Assembly: GCF_009914755.1 (NCBI RefSeq)
Contig: NC_060926.1
Strand: one strand, 5' to 3'
Length of the DNA: 64,000 nucleotides
DNA from: the human T2T-CHM13v2.0 reference genome, Homo sapiens
Shown here: one piece after another, positions 16,661 to 30,317 of the stretch
Layout of the letters: the number at the start of each line of letters is the position of its first letter
Numbering within the stretch: position 1 is the stretch's first letter
The notes under the pieces: model-generated
Databases searched by the model: none
Told to the model about the DNA's origin: nothing
The model's input: the letters and a program-made list of their open reading frames with translations, nothing else
Made by a program: the position numbers and the translations under genes

Positions 16661-18422
16661 AGACCTGTGAATCCTTTCTTTCCCTTTCCCTTTCTCTGTT
16701 TAGCTGCTTTTAGAAGTGTTTATATTTACATAGTAGAAGCACAGTTGAGTGGGGACAATATGTTAATCTTTCTGTTTACCAGGGATATGGCTGTCTTCCT
16801 AAAGAAGCTATAACAAAAAAATCAACATTGCTCACCTGGTAGCAGAACAGTCCAACTACATGTGTGGTACTTACAGAGAAACAGGTAGTTTCTTAAGTGC
16901 TAAGCTTATATAACAAACCTACATCTATGGTGTGACTGTGTGTCTCATTTTCAAAGGCCTTGCATGGCCTGTGGTCTGTGACAACTGAAACATGCTTGCT
17001 GGTGTAAGTTATACATCAGTTTCGTGTTAGTAAAAATTAGCATTATTTTCACACCAACAACAGGAAGGATATCACAAGAGTGAAGGAGATAAAAAGAATG
17101 TAAAGAAAAAGAAATAACCCAGTCTATCCTGACAATAACCACCCTTTAGTCAACAGTTGTTGGGAGTCTGTTTCTGTACTAAACCCTTTTTTTCTGAAAC
17201 TGAGGCAAATAGGGCCCATGGGACTTAGGACTTTGACCAAAGTCATAGATCTTAGATATTGCCAAGCTGAGATTTGAACCTGTGCCTGCCTGATGCCAAA
17301 CTTCATAATGTGGACAACTGTGGTAACTAGACCAGGCTCAGCACCTCTGCTGTGACACATGGCGCCAGGTACTCTAAGTCTGTGAAGTGTACCACAGAGG
17401 TGCAGTGTATAAGGGCTCACATTTTGACAGGTGATATAAAATATACTCATGACAAAAGAAATTGCCTAGGCTCTGTGGATCCATTGCTAAACGAGGGAAG
17501 GCCCCACATTAAACAGCCTAGAGAAAGAGGAACCATTGCAAACCAGAGTTGCTGCTGATGGCTTCATGAAGTTGGTGAGGACCAAACTTGACACTAGGGG
17601 TTGATGTGACAGCAGATTTAAATAGGAAGGAGCAGGAGGAGGGCATGAGCAAAGGTGGGCAAGAATAGGGCTTTGGGGAGTGGGGAATGGAGAATCCACT
17701 GGAGCCTTCTTTGTCCTCTAGAAATGAAGTTCCTAAATCTAAGTCTGCATCAGACTCAAATGGGGAGAGGGATTAAGACACAAACTCCCAGCCACCCCTT
17801 TCACCAGACTGAGGCATCAGCATCTCCTGGAATAAAGTTTTTGCCAATGTGATGCCCAAGCAGGTGCCTTCCACAGGCCCAAGAAGCTCCAATAGCCCAG
17901 GAGCCTGTGAGGATGGAACCACGAGTGCCTCCTCTCAGGGTCTCCAGCCTTAGTGACTCACCTGGCACAGAATAGGGGCTCAGAGCTGGCAGGAGAAGCA
18001 GACAGAAGTGGCCTCGGGGAGGAGAAAGAGATAAAGAGGCTGTAATTAGCGCATCATCAGGGAAAGGTGACAGCACTTGGATTCTGCTCGCAAGGGAGGA
18101 AATGTGCCGACCTCTTTCCTCAGACTAGTCCCCAGCTCCGGCGTGTGAAATTGCAGGTTTTTTGGCCAGGAATGACAGTGGGCTGCACCACACCTGACTG
18201 GACCCAAGGCCTGCCCCTGTCATGCCTGGGATGGAGCCAGGGCTTCGAGGTGAGTGTGGTGAGGCAGGTGGGGCTGGGCTTAATAAAGAATACAGGCTTC
18301 TCTCTGCTCCTTGCCCCAGGGAATCTCTAATCTTCCTCTCTGCCTCAGTGAGGACCCCTGATAGAATTGCTTTCATTCTTGTTTTCAGATTTATTGAGGG
18401 GTCCAAAGAAATTTAAAAAGAG

Positions 18423-18985
<563 letters not shown>

Positions 18986-19887
18986 AAGAAATTTAAAAAG
19001 AGGAACCTCCATATTTAGCCACTATTGATTTATTTAGGTTCTGGTTGGCAGACTTTTATATAAAAACAAAGAACAAAGTGACACTCCAGGGCTGGCCTGA
19101 GTTGATTCCATTAGAACCTGTTCCACCTTGTGGCGCTGGGGAGGGCCTGATTTCCATCTGAGTGGCAAGCTTGAGACTGAGGAAGACTAATCCACATCAA
19201 CAGAGAAAAAGAAAACTTAAAGCAAATATCTGGCTGTTGAGAAGTAAAATTCCACCAATTACAAAAGGGGTAAAGCAAGTGAATGATTTTGACCTGCACC
19301 GATTGAATGTATTGCTCATTGATTCTCTGGCTTTTGCCAGTGTTAGACATACAGCTTCAAAAAGGTGTAAATTAGGAACTGCACCCAGCTGTGTGCAACT
19401 GGAATCAGAAAAAAAATGGCTCGAACATTTTAAGCGCAAATAAGATATGTGGAGATGGGTAGTGAGGGCTGCTAAAAAGGCTCCATGGTGCCACTGGAGA
19501 CCCAGACTCCTGTTTTCTCCTCTGTTATCCTTTCCATTTTCTGATGGTCTCATAGGGACAAGATATTTGCTCTGCCTTCACCATTGCTTCCAAGAGCCAG
19601 GCAGAAACAGAGAAGAGAGAGAAGGACATGTGCTAGCTAAGTCTGCTCCCATTTTAAGGCAATTGACTTGCAACTTCAGCTTATATATCATTGACCTGAT
19701 CTGTTCCTAGCACCATAATCAATATACAAATCATTTCCGTCAACCCAGAAGTTTCTCTTGTGCTCATTCTAGTCAATTTGTAATTCTACTCCCTACCCAA
19801 GACAACTACTGATTTCTGCATTTTTGAGGAGTCAAAGCAGCACTCCATTTTGAGAAAGGCAAATCCCATTTCAGAAGTAGAGGATAT

Positions 19888-20020
19888 ATTGGGTACTATG
19901 CTCACTTTCTGGGTGACAAAATCATTTGTTCATCACACTCCAGCAACATGCAATTTACCCATGTAACAAACCGCACATGCACCCCATAAGCCTAAAATAA
20001 AATTTGGAAGAAAAACAAAA
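19888..20020 (+). mobile_element. L1PB-like 3' end fragment
   Basis: 'tattgggtactatgctcac...atgcaatttacccatgtaacaaacc...cctaaaataaaa'. Confidence 0.8.
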
Positions 20021-20199
20021 GTGAAGGATAATGACTCCAGAAACTGCAGTGAAATGCACAGATGGCCTGGGCACCAGAGGTCTTTACCACTGACAGGACA
20101 TGGGTGGCTAAGAGAATGGGATTTGAATGGATACAGTGCAAGAAAGAAGGAAAGAGCCAAATGGTAAGAAGCAGGGAAAGGAAAGAAGAGGGAAGAAGA

Positions 20200-20675
20200 A
20201 GGGATTCTGTCTGGTGGGTGGGAGAGAAATTCTGACAAAGCTTTACAGAGTTGATGCCAAGTGTGAGATTGTTAAAAACTGATGGAACTTGCCAGATTTT
20301 CCAAGCAGAGGAAATCAAGTGCATAGCAGCTGGAAAGAGCATGAACTGTAATTAGTTCTAGCAGGCGTGACTATCAGAAAGGTAGGCAGGGACCAAATGA
20401 GTAAGGATTTTGTATGCCATGGTAAGCATTGTAAGTAGTAGCAAGTCATTAAAAGACTTAAAGGATGGGGAATCATATAATCAGATTTGCATTTTAGAAA
20501 GAAGACTCTGGTAAAATCTTTAAGAAAGACTGGAGGAAGGTAAGATTAAGGTCGTTAGAAACTGGTACAATGACACAGGTAAGAAGTCACACAGTCTGAT
20601 ATAAGGGTTAGAGTGGGAAGAGGGAGGAAGGGACTCATAGTAAACATATTAAGGAGGTAGAATTCACAGGTGGCA
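20200..20675 (-). mobile_element. L2 fragment
   Basis: 'aatcagatttgcattttagaaagaagactctgg' is an L2 hallmark. Confidence 0.7.
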
Positions 20676-20808
20676 TAAATTAAGCAAGGTCACATAGCAA
20701 AGATGAGGCAGAGCAGAATTCAAACCTGGTCATGTGACATTGAGCAAGTTGCATCATCTTGGGCCTCAGTCTTCTTATTTGTATAGTAAGACTAATAATA
20801 ATACCTGT

Positions 20809-21270
20809 TGTTGAGAGACAGTTCTCCAGGGGTCTCTTGACTTTCTGCATTATCTTGTGAGCAAGGCATGGCTTGCTCTTTGTTTTGGCCTCTCTCTTCA
20901 AGAATATTTGCATAGTCTTGAAAGATGAGGCTTGGTGCCATGAAAAGAGAGGCTATTGTCTCCTTCCAGAGCAAAGGATAGGTAGGCTTACTACCTCTTA
21001 GAAAAGATTCAACTTCCCTAAGCTGAGAGTTTGTCTCCTGTATCTCAACCCACTGTGTGTACGGGTGTCATCTGGCCCTCTTCACACCACTCTGTGTGAA
21101 AGCTTGGGGAATTGCCATGCAATTTCTAATACTCTAACTACTTCTATTGTTATGTCCTTTGTCTTTAACCCAGGTCTCTTGTGTCTTCTACCAGCATCCA
21201 TAAAATGGTGGCAGAGTAACTTGTTAGCTTGCAAGTAGGGTGAATCTGAGACCCCTCTCACTTCTTAACA
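20809..21270 (+). mobile_element. LTR40-like ERVL-class solo LTR inserted in a MIR
   Basis: Runs TGTTGAGAGACAGTTCTCCA...ttgttagcttgcaagtagggtgaatctgagaccc...cttaaCA. MIR sequence lies on both sides (20680-20808 and 21271-21355). Confidence 0.85.
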
Positions 21271-21369
21271 GCTATGTCATAAAGGCTGTGAGATTAATTA
21301 GGTGAATATTATAAAGACCTTGACTGATGTCCAGCATGTAGTAGGCATCAGCAAGAGTCACTTTAATGA

Positions 21370-21660
21370 GGCAGAAAGCATCATGTCTTTAAGGATGGCT
21401 TGCTTCTGAAGTCTGAATGCCTGGGCTCAGACCTGGCTCTGCCACTTACTGCTGTGGGAACTTGGGATAGTTGCTTCAGCTCAGTATCTCAGTGTCCTCA
21501 AGATTTTAATGAGATAATGCACATACTATGCTTTTAACAGTGTGAGCTGTTATAAATTATCCCATAAGATCTGTGGATTCAGCAGTACAATGACTTCTTC
21601 ATGGACCTAAGTTTTGTGCATAGTAAGCTTTTAACAAAATGTAGTCATTATTATTATTGG
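21370..21660 (+). mobile_element. MIR carrying a foreign insert at about 21545-21620
   Basis: 'cctgggctcagacctggctctgccacttactgctgtgggaacttggg' ... 'catagtaagcttttaacaaaatgtagtcattatt'. Confidence 0.7.
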
Positions 21661-21790
21661 AGGAGACAGATCCATACAGAACCATTAAGTGACCACATTT
21701 CAAGACACTGTTAAGCAGCATTGCCTATTTATGAACATAAGTCCAATTTCGACCTTAGCAGGAGAGGAAGAAGGATTATGAGAATGACAC

Positions 21791-21847
21791 TGGTGATGAT
21801 GATGGTGATGATGATAATGATGATGATGATGATGGTGATAATGATAA
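21791..21847 (+). repeat. (GAT)n microsatellite
   Basis: Read directly from the sequence. Confidence 0.95.
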
Positions 21848-21933
21848 CAAGTGCTGAGCATTCCTATGGGTTGACCATTGTGCTATTCTCTTTATATGCT
21901 TTATCTCAATTAATATTCAAGGCAATCCTAGAT

Positions 21934-21972
21934 GCCTCGTTAGCGCAGTCGGTAGCATGCCAGTCTAATAAT
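21934..21972 (+). pseudogene. 5'-half elongator tRNA-Met(CAT) retrocopy, tailless
   Basis: gcctcgttagcgcagtcggtagcatgccagtctaataat versus recalled tRNA-Met GCCTCGTTAGCGCAGTAGGTAGCGCGTCAGTCTCATAAT. Flanked by a ~19-bp direct repeat. Confidence 0.85.
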
Positions 21973-22389
21973 TTTCAATGCAATCCTATGTGATATTTAT
22001 TAAGCCACATTACAGAAATAATAGAGTAGAGAATTTACCCTGAGTGTATCTGATTCTGAATTCGCTAAGGAGATAAAACATTATTCCCAAACTACAACTG
22101 ACCCATGCCATCAGTGTGGTGACTTGTCCTCGCTCTATGAATTATATTTCAATTTTACCTAAAGAAACCCACAGATAGACCCTCTAGACTAGTCACACCT
22201 GGACCAATACTTTGCCTTTCACATGATGAACCTCCTGGATTACCCTGGGAAAGTTGACCAACATCTTCAACTCTGTCAGGAGCAGAGATGACTTACGGAT
22301 TTAAAAGAAAAAATGAGAACCCCTTATTCAGTCTTGCAGGAGATGGCTAAAGCAAGTGGCCAGACAGAAGTATTCTTTGTTGGCTAAGC

Positions 22390-22727
22390 CACTTTCTGGT
22401 TAGTTAAACACTCAAAACAAAGTGGCTTAATCAATTAGGAATATCTCTTATCTCATAAGATTTGCTGATTCAGCAGTACAATAATATTTTCATTGACGTA
22501 AGTTTTGTGCATCTATCTGTTCTATCATCTGTACCATGTTCACTCTGTTCTTTTCTTTTTTGAGACAGGGTCTTGCTCTGTCACCCAGGCTGGAGTACAG
22601 TGAGGTGATCATGGTTCACTGCAGCCTCAATCTCCAGGACTCAAACAATCCTCTACCTCAGCCTCTTGAGTAGCTGAGATTACAGTGATGTGCCACCATG
22701 CCTGGCTAATCTTTTTAAGTGTAAGTG

Positions 22728-22760
<33 letters not shown>

Positions 22761-23160
22761 CTGTGTGTAGAGAGAGGGTCTCACTATGTTTCCCAGGCTG
22801 GTCTTGAATTCCTAGGGTCAAGCAATCCTCCTCCCTCAGCCTGGGATTACAGGCATGAGCCACCATGCCCAGCCTACTCTACTCTGTTCTTTATTTTCTC
22901 CTTGTCATGAGAAGAAACCCCCAGCAGATATCTCCCCAATGATTCACTGATCTGAATTTTCTCTCTTGTTCATGCTCCAACCAATCAGTGACAAGGAATT
23001 TGATGTTACAATAACTGGCTTAGACCAATCAGCATTCTCACTCAGAGTATGGAGTCCACCTCTCCTGAACTCCCAGGCCACATAGATAAGCATGGAAATC
23101 TGAATAAAACTGAGGTACTATTTGGAAAGAATGGATATTGGTTAAGCAGGCAGTAGTGTT
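22390..23160 (-). mobile_element. Degraded old MaLR (MLT1-type) LTR split by an Alu
   Basis: 'caaagtggcttaatcaattaggaa...tatctcataag' and 'cccagcaga...attcactgatctgaa' resemble MLT1J/K. Confidence 0.45.
22551..22874 (-). mobile_element. AluJ with (GT)n middle linker
   Basis: 'gagacagggtcttgctctgtcaccc...tcactgcagcctcaatctcc'. TSD actctgttcttt. Confidence 0.92.
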
Positions 23161-24386
23161 TGATACAACTAACTGAAAGCAACTGTGCTGGCTCATTAAA
23201 TTCATCATATATATCCCATACAGACTGCTTAGTTCTCTACCCAACATTTGATTGGCATAGATAGTGCTTTTCCAGATAAAGCAAGCATATAAATAAGGAA
23301 AGGAAGCAAATCTGCCTTCCATGTTATCTGCCAAGCTACCATTAGAGGACTGTCTGGGGGAAGCTATAATACTGAATGCAGAATCTCCCCTTTAATCCAG
23401 TGGACCCTTCTAGACATGTTCTAATCATTTTGACTTACAGAGTGAGGATAGATTAGGCTCAAGCTAAGAACACTGCTACACACTGCTGGGGGAAACTGAG
23501 GCTCAGGTACATATTAACTTGCATAAAGTCAATAAGTGGTAGGGCTGAGATTCAAATCTAAATACTAGATTATGCATTCCAACCTTATTCACTATGTGGG
23601 GAAAGAAAAGAAGGGTGGGAGCAGCTCTGGAAAGAGTTTAACATTTTGTTTCCTGGCATTGGCTTAATGAGATAGTGTATGTAAAGCACCTGGTGCAGAG
23701 CAGCCACACAGAAGAGGAAAGCAAAGCCCAGAGGTGCTCAATGAGAGGCACAGAGTCACACAACAGGCAAAACTAGGATGAGAGCTCTCCCGGACTGGGA
23801 GTCATAGAGGTGATGATGAGTGTTTGTTACTAAGCAACACTGCACTGTAAATAATTATTTTTGGTAAAATTATCTGCTTGTGTATCTAAAGGGGAAAGCT
23901 TTAAAAAAATTCGGCCTATAAATCAAATGTGAGAGTATTTTTTTCCTTAAGAAAAGCATTCAGAACTCTGCCTGCAGCAATTAAATATTCCCTGCAACCT
24001 ACCAAGTTTGTTTCCTGTTGACTTTATTGAATGGATGGATACCCAGCTTAGCAAAGTCTTCACCTTCTTATTAAGCCACCTTAATAAAATGGTGGCAATT
24101 GCCTAAAGTGACTTGAAAAAAAATGATTTGTTGTCTTTCTCCTTCAGATTTTTCCCAGTTTGCCATGAAGATGTCTAGCTGGAAGCATTCCTCAAAGCTA
24201 AGAAAAGGTGAAAAGCAAATACTGGTCAAAATGTTAAGATCACTAAGAGTTTACTGTTTGTTCCAAATATAAAGAAGAATTCCTAGATAAAAGGTTTACA
24301 AATTACAAAATCTAGAATAGCTGCATAATCCTTAACACATTTTTAAACATTATTCTATTCCTGATGAAGAAACATAGTAGTTTGAC

Positions 24387-24615
24387 GGACACAGGGAAGG
24401 AAACATCACACACCAGGGCCTGTTGGGTGGTGGGGGGCAAGGGGAGGCAGAGCATTAGGAGAAATACCTGATGCATGTGGGGCTTAGAACCTAGATGACA
24501 GGTTGATAGGTGCAGCAAACCACCATGGCACATGTATACCTATGTGACAAACCTGCGTGTTCTGCACATGTATCCCAGAACTTAAAGTAAAATAAAAATA
24601 AAAATAAAAATAAAC
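24387..24615 (+). mobile_element. L1PA8-like 5'-truncated 3' end
   Basis: L1PA 3'UTR with (TAAAAA)n tail. TSD agtagtttgac at 24376-24386 and 24616-24626. Confidence 0.9.
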
Positions 24616-25289
24616 AGTAGTTTGACCAAGATTTCAATTCTGTATATCTCATCAAATGTCTATATATATTTGATTTTTATTTTCAAGTAAAACTTGAAGT
24701 TATAAGGACGGGCTGTTGAAGATTTCTTTTTTTTATCTGAGTCAACAGCATTTATTATCATGAAAAGAATTACTATTACCTTTTATACTTGAGAAGCACC
24801 ATTCATATTCATTTTTCCAATAAAAGGCCATTGATGATGGATATAAATATAATGCATTGTATGCCTGATAGAAGGCCAGGAAGAGATGTCTAATACCCAG
24901 GATATCAGATACTAACCTTGTCCCTACAGATTAGGGAGCAGATGTATTGCGATTTGTGAGTGCTCTCTCAAAGATAAAGTGAATGACACTTGAATTTCCT
25001 AAACAGCTTAAATTGAGTGCCAAAGATGAGCCCTCCTCAGGAAGCAGAGTGAAAACAAGAAAATCACTCAGGCCAAAGGGGTAGGAAAGGCAACAACAAC
25101 AACAACAACAAGAGCTCTTCTCAAAGCCCCTCCATGGAGCCAGAGACACCCAGAATGAAAAAGCTCCTTTGTGATCACTCAGTCCACCTATTTCATTCTC
25201 ACTTTAGGTGAAACTGAGGTTCAGAAATGTAAATTCACTTACCTAAGACTCTAAATAGACACACTTTCCCCAGGGAGATCTGTAAATAT

Positions 25290-26108
25290 TCAATGAGCAC
25301 ATGAAAAGATGACATCATCAGTCATCAGAAAAAATGCAAATTTCCCTGATGGAAAAACCCTAGTGAGATACTACTTCACACCCACTAGGATGGTTGTCAT
25401 AAAAAAAGATGGACCATAAGTGTTGGTGAAGATGCAGAGAAATCAGAACCCTCATACTCCACTGAATATTAAATGGTACAGCTGCTTTGGAGAACAGTCT
25501 GGTCTCAAATAATTAGTTCTAGAGTTTCCATGTGAGCCAGCAATTCTACTCCTAAGTACATACCCAAGAAAAATGAAAGAATATGTCCACATAAAAACTT
25601 GAACACAAATGTTCGTAACTGTATTATCCATAGTGGCTAAAAAGTGAAAACAACCAAAATGGCTAACAACTGATTAATGGTTAAATAAAATGTGGTTTAT
25701 TCATATGATGGATTATTATCCAGCCATGAAAAGGAAATGAAGTACTGATTCATACTACAACACAGATGAACCTTGAAAACATTATGCTAAGTGAAAGAAG
25801 CTACTAAAAACCTACATACTGCATAGTTTCATTTATTTGAAATGCCCAGAATAGGCAAATCTATAGATACAGAAAGTAGATTGCTGATTTCCTAGGGCTG
25901 GGAGGGATGGGGATATTGGGGAGGGATAGCTGAAGGATGTGGGGTTTCTTTTTAGGGGAACAATAATATTCTAAAATTGATTGTGGTGATGGATAGACAG
26001 CTCTGTGAATACACTAAAGGCCACTGGATTTTTTTTTTTTTACACCTCAAATATGTGAATTGTATGATAGGTGATTACATATCAATAAAGCTGTTAAAAA
26101 ATAAAAAA
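25290..26108 (+). mobile_element. L1MB-like ORF2 end and 3'UTR
   Basis: 'gatactacttcacacccactaggatgg', 'gaaccttgaaaacattatgctaagtgaaagaag', ending 'tcaataaagctgttaaaaaa'. Confidence 0.88.
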
Positions 26109-26219
26109 GCTAAAGCCCCCTCCACTTAGATTGTTTTTTATTCAAAAGGTCTTTTTTCCTAGGGCCTCTGTATCCTGTGCTTTATGCAAACCAGCCAATG
26201 GCTTGATCAGCAGATGCTT

Positions 26220-26325
26220 ATGTGCATGCATATGTGCACACACAGAGATATACAGATGCACATGCACAAGCACACATACACAGACTCACACACACGTGTG
26301 CATGCACACACACTCATACACATCA
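26220..26325 (+). repeat. Degenerate (CA)n/(RY)n tract
   Basis: Read directly from the sequence. Confidence 0.8.
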
Positions 26326-26899
26326 ACTACTCTGGCTTTCTGGTTGGAGCAGCGGTGACAGGGGACTGAGAGATAACCAAGGACTAATCTAAGTCTGTAC
26401 CAAAACAATTGTCTTCCTTTATTTTCCCTGGAGCAGGAGGAGGAAAGTAGAGAAGAAGGGATGAAGGCAAGATATCACTTTGAACTTCTCGCTTACCGCA
26501 CATGTGGGACCCTGTTCTCACTTCAGCAGCCTCCACGCACAGGTCCCAGGAGAGAAAGAAATAATGAGGTCTGGTTGGACCAGCTGATGCTGCCTTCCTT
26601 GTGTCTACGAAAGGCAGCTGCCTCTGTGGTGTGATTTCAGGGGAGCCAGAGAGGGCCATGCCCATAAATCTCTACCTTGCATTCTAACCACCTATTATCG
26701 TATATGAGACTAGTAATGGGAACTCACTTGTTGCAGATAGCTTCCAGGCTGTTGTGATTTTGATACTTGACTTCTCAGCATCTGTCCCTTGGCTGTGACC
26801 CCCTCAGGAGGTAGACTTGCCTGGTGTAAGTGCAATCTCATCTCCTATTTCAGGAAAGAGCACTGCCCTAATTATGGTCTTTAATACGGAGGAAGACAT

Positions 26900-27250
26900 T
26901 TGCCATTGATTTTTAGAAGTTCTTCCTTGCTCTTAAGAAAGTTGAGGGAAGCCTTGGAAAGTTCTTCCTGGCTCCTAAGAAAGCCTAGGAAGGCCTCTTG
27001 TTTTCTTTTCCTTGATATGAACTAGGAGATGTGTAACCGACTGCTCCTGGAGGCCATCCTGCAGCCACAAGAGAACTGGACTCAGAGTGAGGATGATTCC
27101 ACAAATGGCAGAGGAGGTGATAGGATGAAGTTTAGTTCTTGATGACAGCCTCCAGATCAGTTCTGAAGCTTGCTCTATCTCTGGACTTCCTATTATATGC
27201 AGCAAAAAATCTGTCTGTGACTGAGGCAGTTCACATTGAGATTTAATCCC
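26900..27250 (+). mobile_element. Old MLT1-type LTR fragment
   Basis: 'ggccatcctgcagccacaagag', 'gttcttgatgaca' and 'tatctctggacttcctattatatg'. Confidence 0.55.
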
Positions 27251-28089
27251 CAAGGTTGAAACCTTGAAATCTGCAACCTAACTGTTGCAGAGACTTCTGA
27301 AGATACCTAGCTTGGCTTAGAGGGGTCCATGAAAGCCTTGGCATGTGTGTGGGAAGCTGTGAGAAGGGTATCCTCCTACGTTTGCATCTATAAGTGTATG
27401 TGAGTAGTGAGTATGAAGACATTCTTGGACAACTAAGTTCACTTACTCATTCATGAAACAGGCCCATAGTAAGCCCTTACTATGCTCGACTCGTCTCTTA
27501 ATGTGAGGGGAAGGATATAAGTGTCTGAGTATGTGTGTAATCTTTCAGAATATGTGTGAAAATGTGTACACATGCCTGCTTTCTGCTGGGGGATTACTGA
27601 AATTGTCTGCAATCTGCTTTCTTGGCTGAAGCCAGAGTCTCCGTTAAAAAGGAATCCTTATCTCCACATCCTCCCTTCATCTTATCATTATTTCTGTGCT
27701 GAACAGAAAGGCAAGGATGAGTGGGAGGGAAGGTCAGTGCCAAGTAGTGTACAAATGACAAGCTCTGGCATTCATGATCTTTGCACCAGCAAGCAAGGTC
27801 TCAGGCCTTGGAGCGGGCGGTGGCACCAAACACATCCAAGGAAGTTTCATCTTTTATAATTGATTTCTTCTGGCAGGTCTGACCTCCTAATGGTGCCCAG
27901 GCCAGGCTGACACTATTGTAATTAGTCTCTGGTCCCTGAGACACCAACCACGTGCTGGCACATAGAGACTGGCTGCCTGGGATTAGAAACTTGTCATAGG
28001 TAATTCACAGAGCAACTGATTCCCTTTGCAGAATAGTTCTAGGTGCTTTTAAAATTATAAATTCTAGGTGTAACTTAATATTCAAATTG

Positions 28090-28470
28090 TTAATATTATA
28101 AAGTGCTAATATGATAAATAAGAAAAATATGATTATATAATTATATGATTGCTATAGATGCTAAAAAACACTTTGGACTAAATTCTGCTTCTTTTTCTAC
28201 TTTTAAAATATCTTAATAAACTATAGATAGATATTTCTCCAGAATGATAAAGAAAACGTTCAAAATAACTACCAGTGTCGTAGTTAATGGTGAATCTATA
28301 AAGACAGTTCCATCAAAATTAGGGAAAGATGAAGAAGAACTCTATTAAACAATATTATTTAACATTGTTCTGGAAATTCTAACCAATGGAACAAGATGAG
28401 AACAAAATCAAAAGAAGAGATGCTATAAATAAAAGGAAAAAATAAACTATGATTACCTTGTAGGAACTGG
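28090..28470 (+). mobile_element. Old L1M ORF2 fragment
   Basis: 'atagatgctaaaaaacacttt' and 'tattatttaacattgttctggaaattctaacca'. Confidence 0.65.
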
Positions 28471-28748
28471 AAAACTTTTCTTTTGACAGTGATTGATGTC
28501 AATAATTAAATTTGACTTCTGAATGAACTAGATACCAACTAATCTAGAAAGATAAATATTATTCTCTACAATGATCATATAATCTTATGTATTGCTCCAG
28601 GGATGACTTCAACAGATAATTACTGTCTGACAATTAAAGGTAACTTATTTCAAAGCCCAAATTATCATGTCTGACAAATGTTCTCCAATATTAAATTGCT
28701 TCTAACCAATAATTCTACATATTATCTATGAACACACATTTGCAGATG

Positions 28749-28895
28749 CCATATTTCTTTGATTTTAAGATGCAATTTTAAAAATTATAAACATCTGAGA
28801 AATTGGGGCATGTCTTACAACCCATGTGTAGATTTAATGTTTTAGTGTATCCTTTTTTGAGTGGCCATTATTATTTTATAGTCTTAGAATGAAGT
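28749..28895. mobile_element. MER104-like TcMar-Tc2 DNA transposon
   Basis: 'ccatatttctttgattttaagatgca...aacatctgagaaattggggcatgtcttacaa...tcttagaatgaag'. Confidence 0.55.
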
Positions 28896-29879
28896 CAACA
28901 TTTTTCACAATTAGGTATATGATGGGCCTTTGATGTGTTTTTATAAGCCAGGTGGATGCTTGGTAATGTCCACAGTGAGCATTTTCCAGGTTAAAAGCAT
29001 TGTGGCTCTCTAGGTCAGAGAATATGGGAGCCTCATTCAACTATAAGTCTAACGTATTACAGTAAGTTTCAAACAGTCTTTGAGGAATGTGCTGACCAAG
29101 TCTGCAGGTTCTTCTTCAGCCTCCTTGGTGTGGTGTGGAATTGGAATGCCTGTTTTTATTATTATCCATAATTTTCAAAAGAAAGCTTTAACCTAATATA
29201 ACAAGTTGGTTATCAAAATACATGATGCACCCCTTAATCTGGAAAAAGCTCACCCCATATTTTTGCTGAGGAGAACAACAAACTTGAACTCACTTTTTAT
29301 CCAAAATCTATCAAGATTTGGTGATGAGAAATAACACCTGTAGATAATTGTCTCAGAGACACACAGACTCAAATCATCCCTGAGAGCAGTTGTATTTAAA
29401 TGTTTTTTAATCATGGAAATGTTTGTTCAAGTATAAAAGAGATAGCTATGAGCTCTTCTGATTGAAATGAATGAAGGAGTAAGAACCTCATCTACCTCTG
29501 TTTTGTTCTTCCCTCCTCGTTCGAATTCCCAGCAGAGTCTGAGAAGATGCCAGAGATCATAGTTTGAAACTGATTACTCTGGATGTCTTTTATTTGTACC
29601 TGGATCATTCAAAATCACCAGAGAGATAATTCTCTAGACATCTAGGCAGCTGTTTTAACTTGATTGAGCTGTGGGCATAAGTCATAGATCTGAGTAAAGA
29701 GATATTACCAAAATGTTTGTGTGAGCACACACGATTGTACACACATATGTGCACAGTCATGTACACACACAAACCAGCTAAATGAAACTTGCAATAGTAC
29801 ATATTTTGGGGATATTGTTAAGGACGTTGCTTGCTATCGTTAAAAAAATGTAATTTTTAAATCAAATTAAAGTATTAAA

Positions 29880-30317
<438 letters not shown>

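Noticed and set aside
21934-21972. Functional tRNA gene
   Set aside because: Only the 5' half is present. There is no T-arm/B-box or acceptor 3' strand, and the anticodon is mutated.
21721-21993. Poly-Met ORF
   Set aside because: It arises from the (GAT)n repeat.
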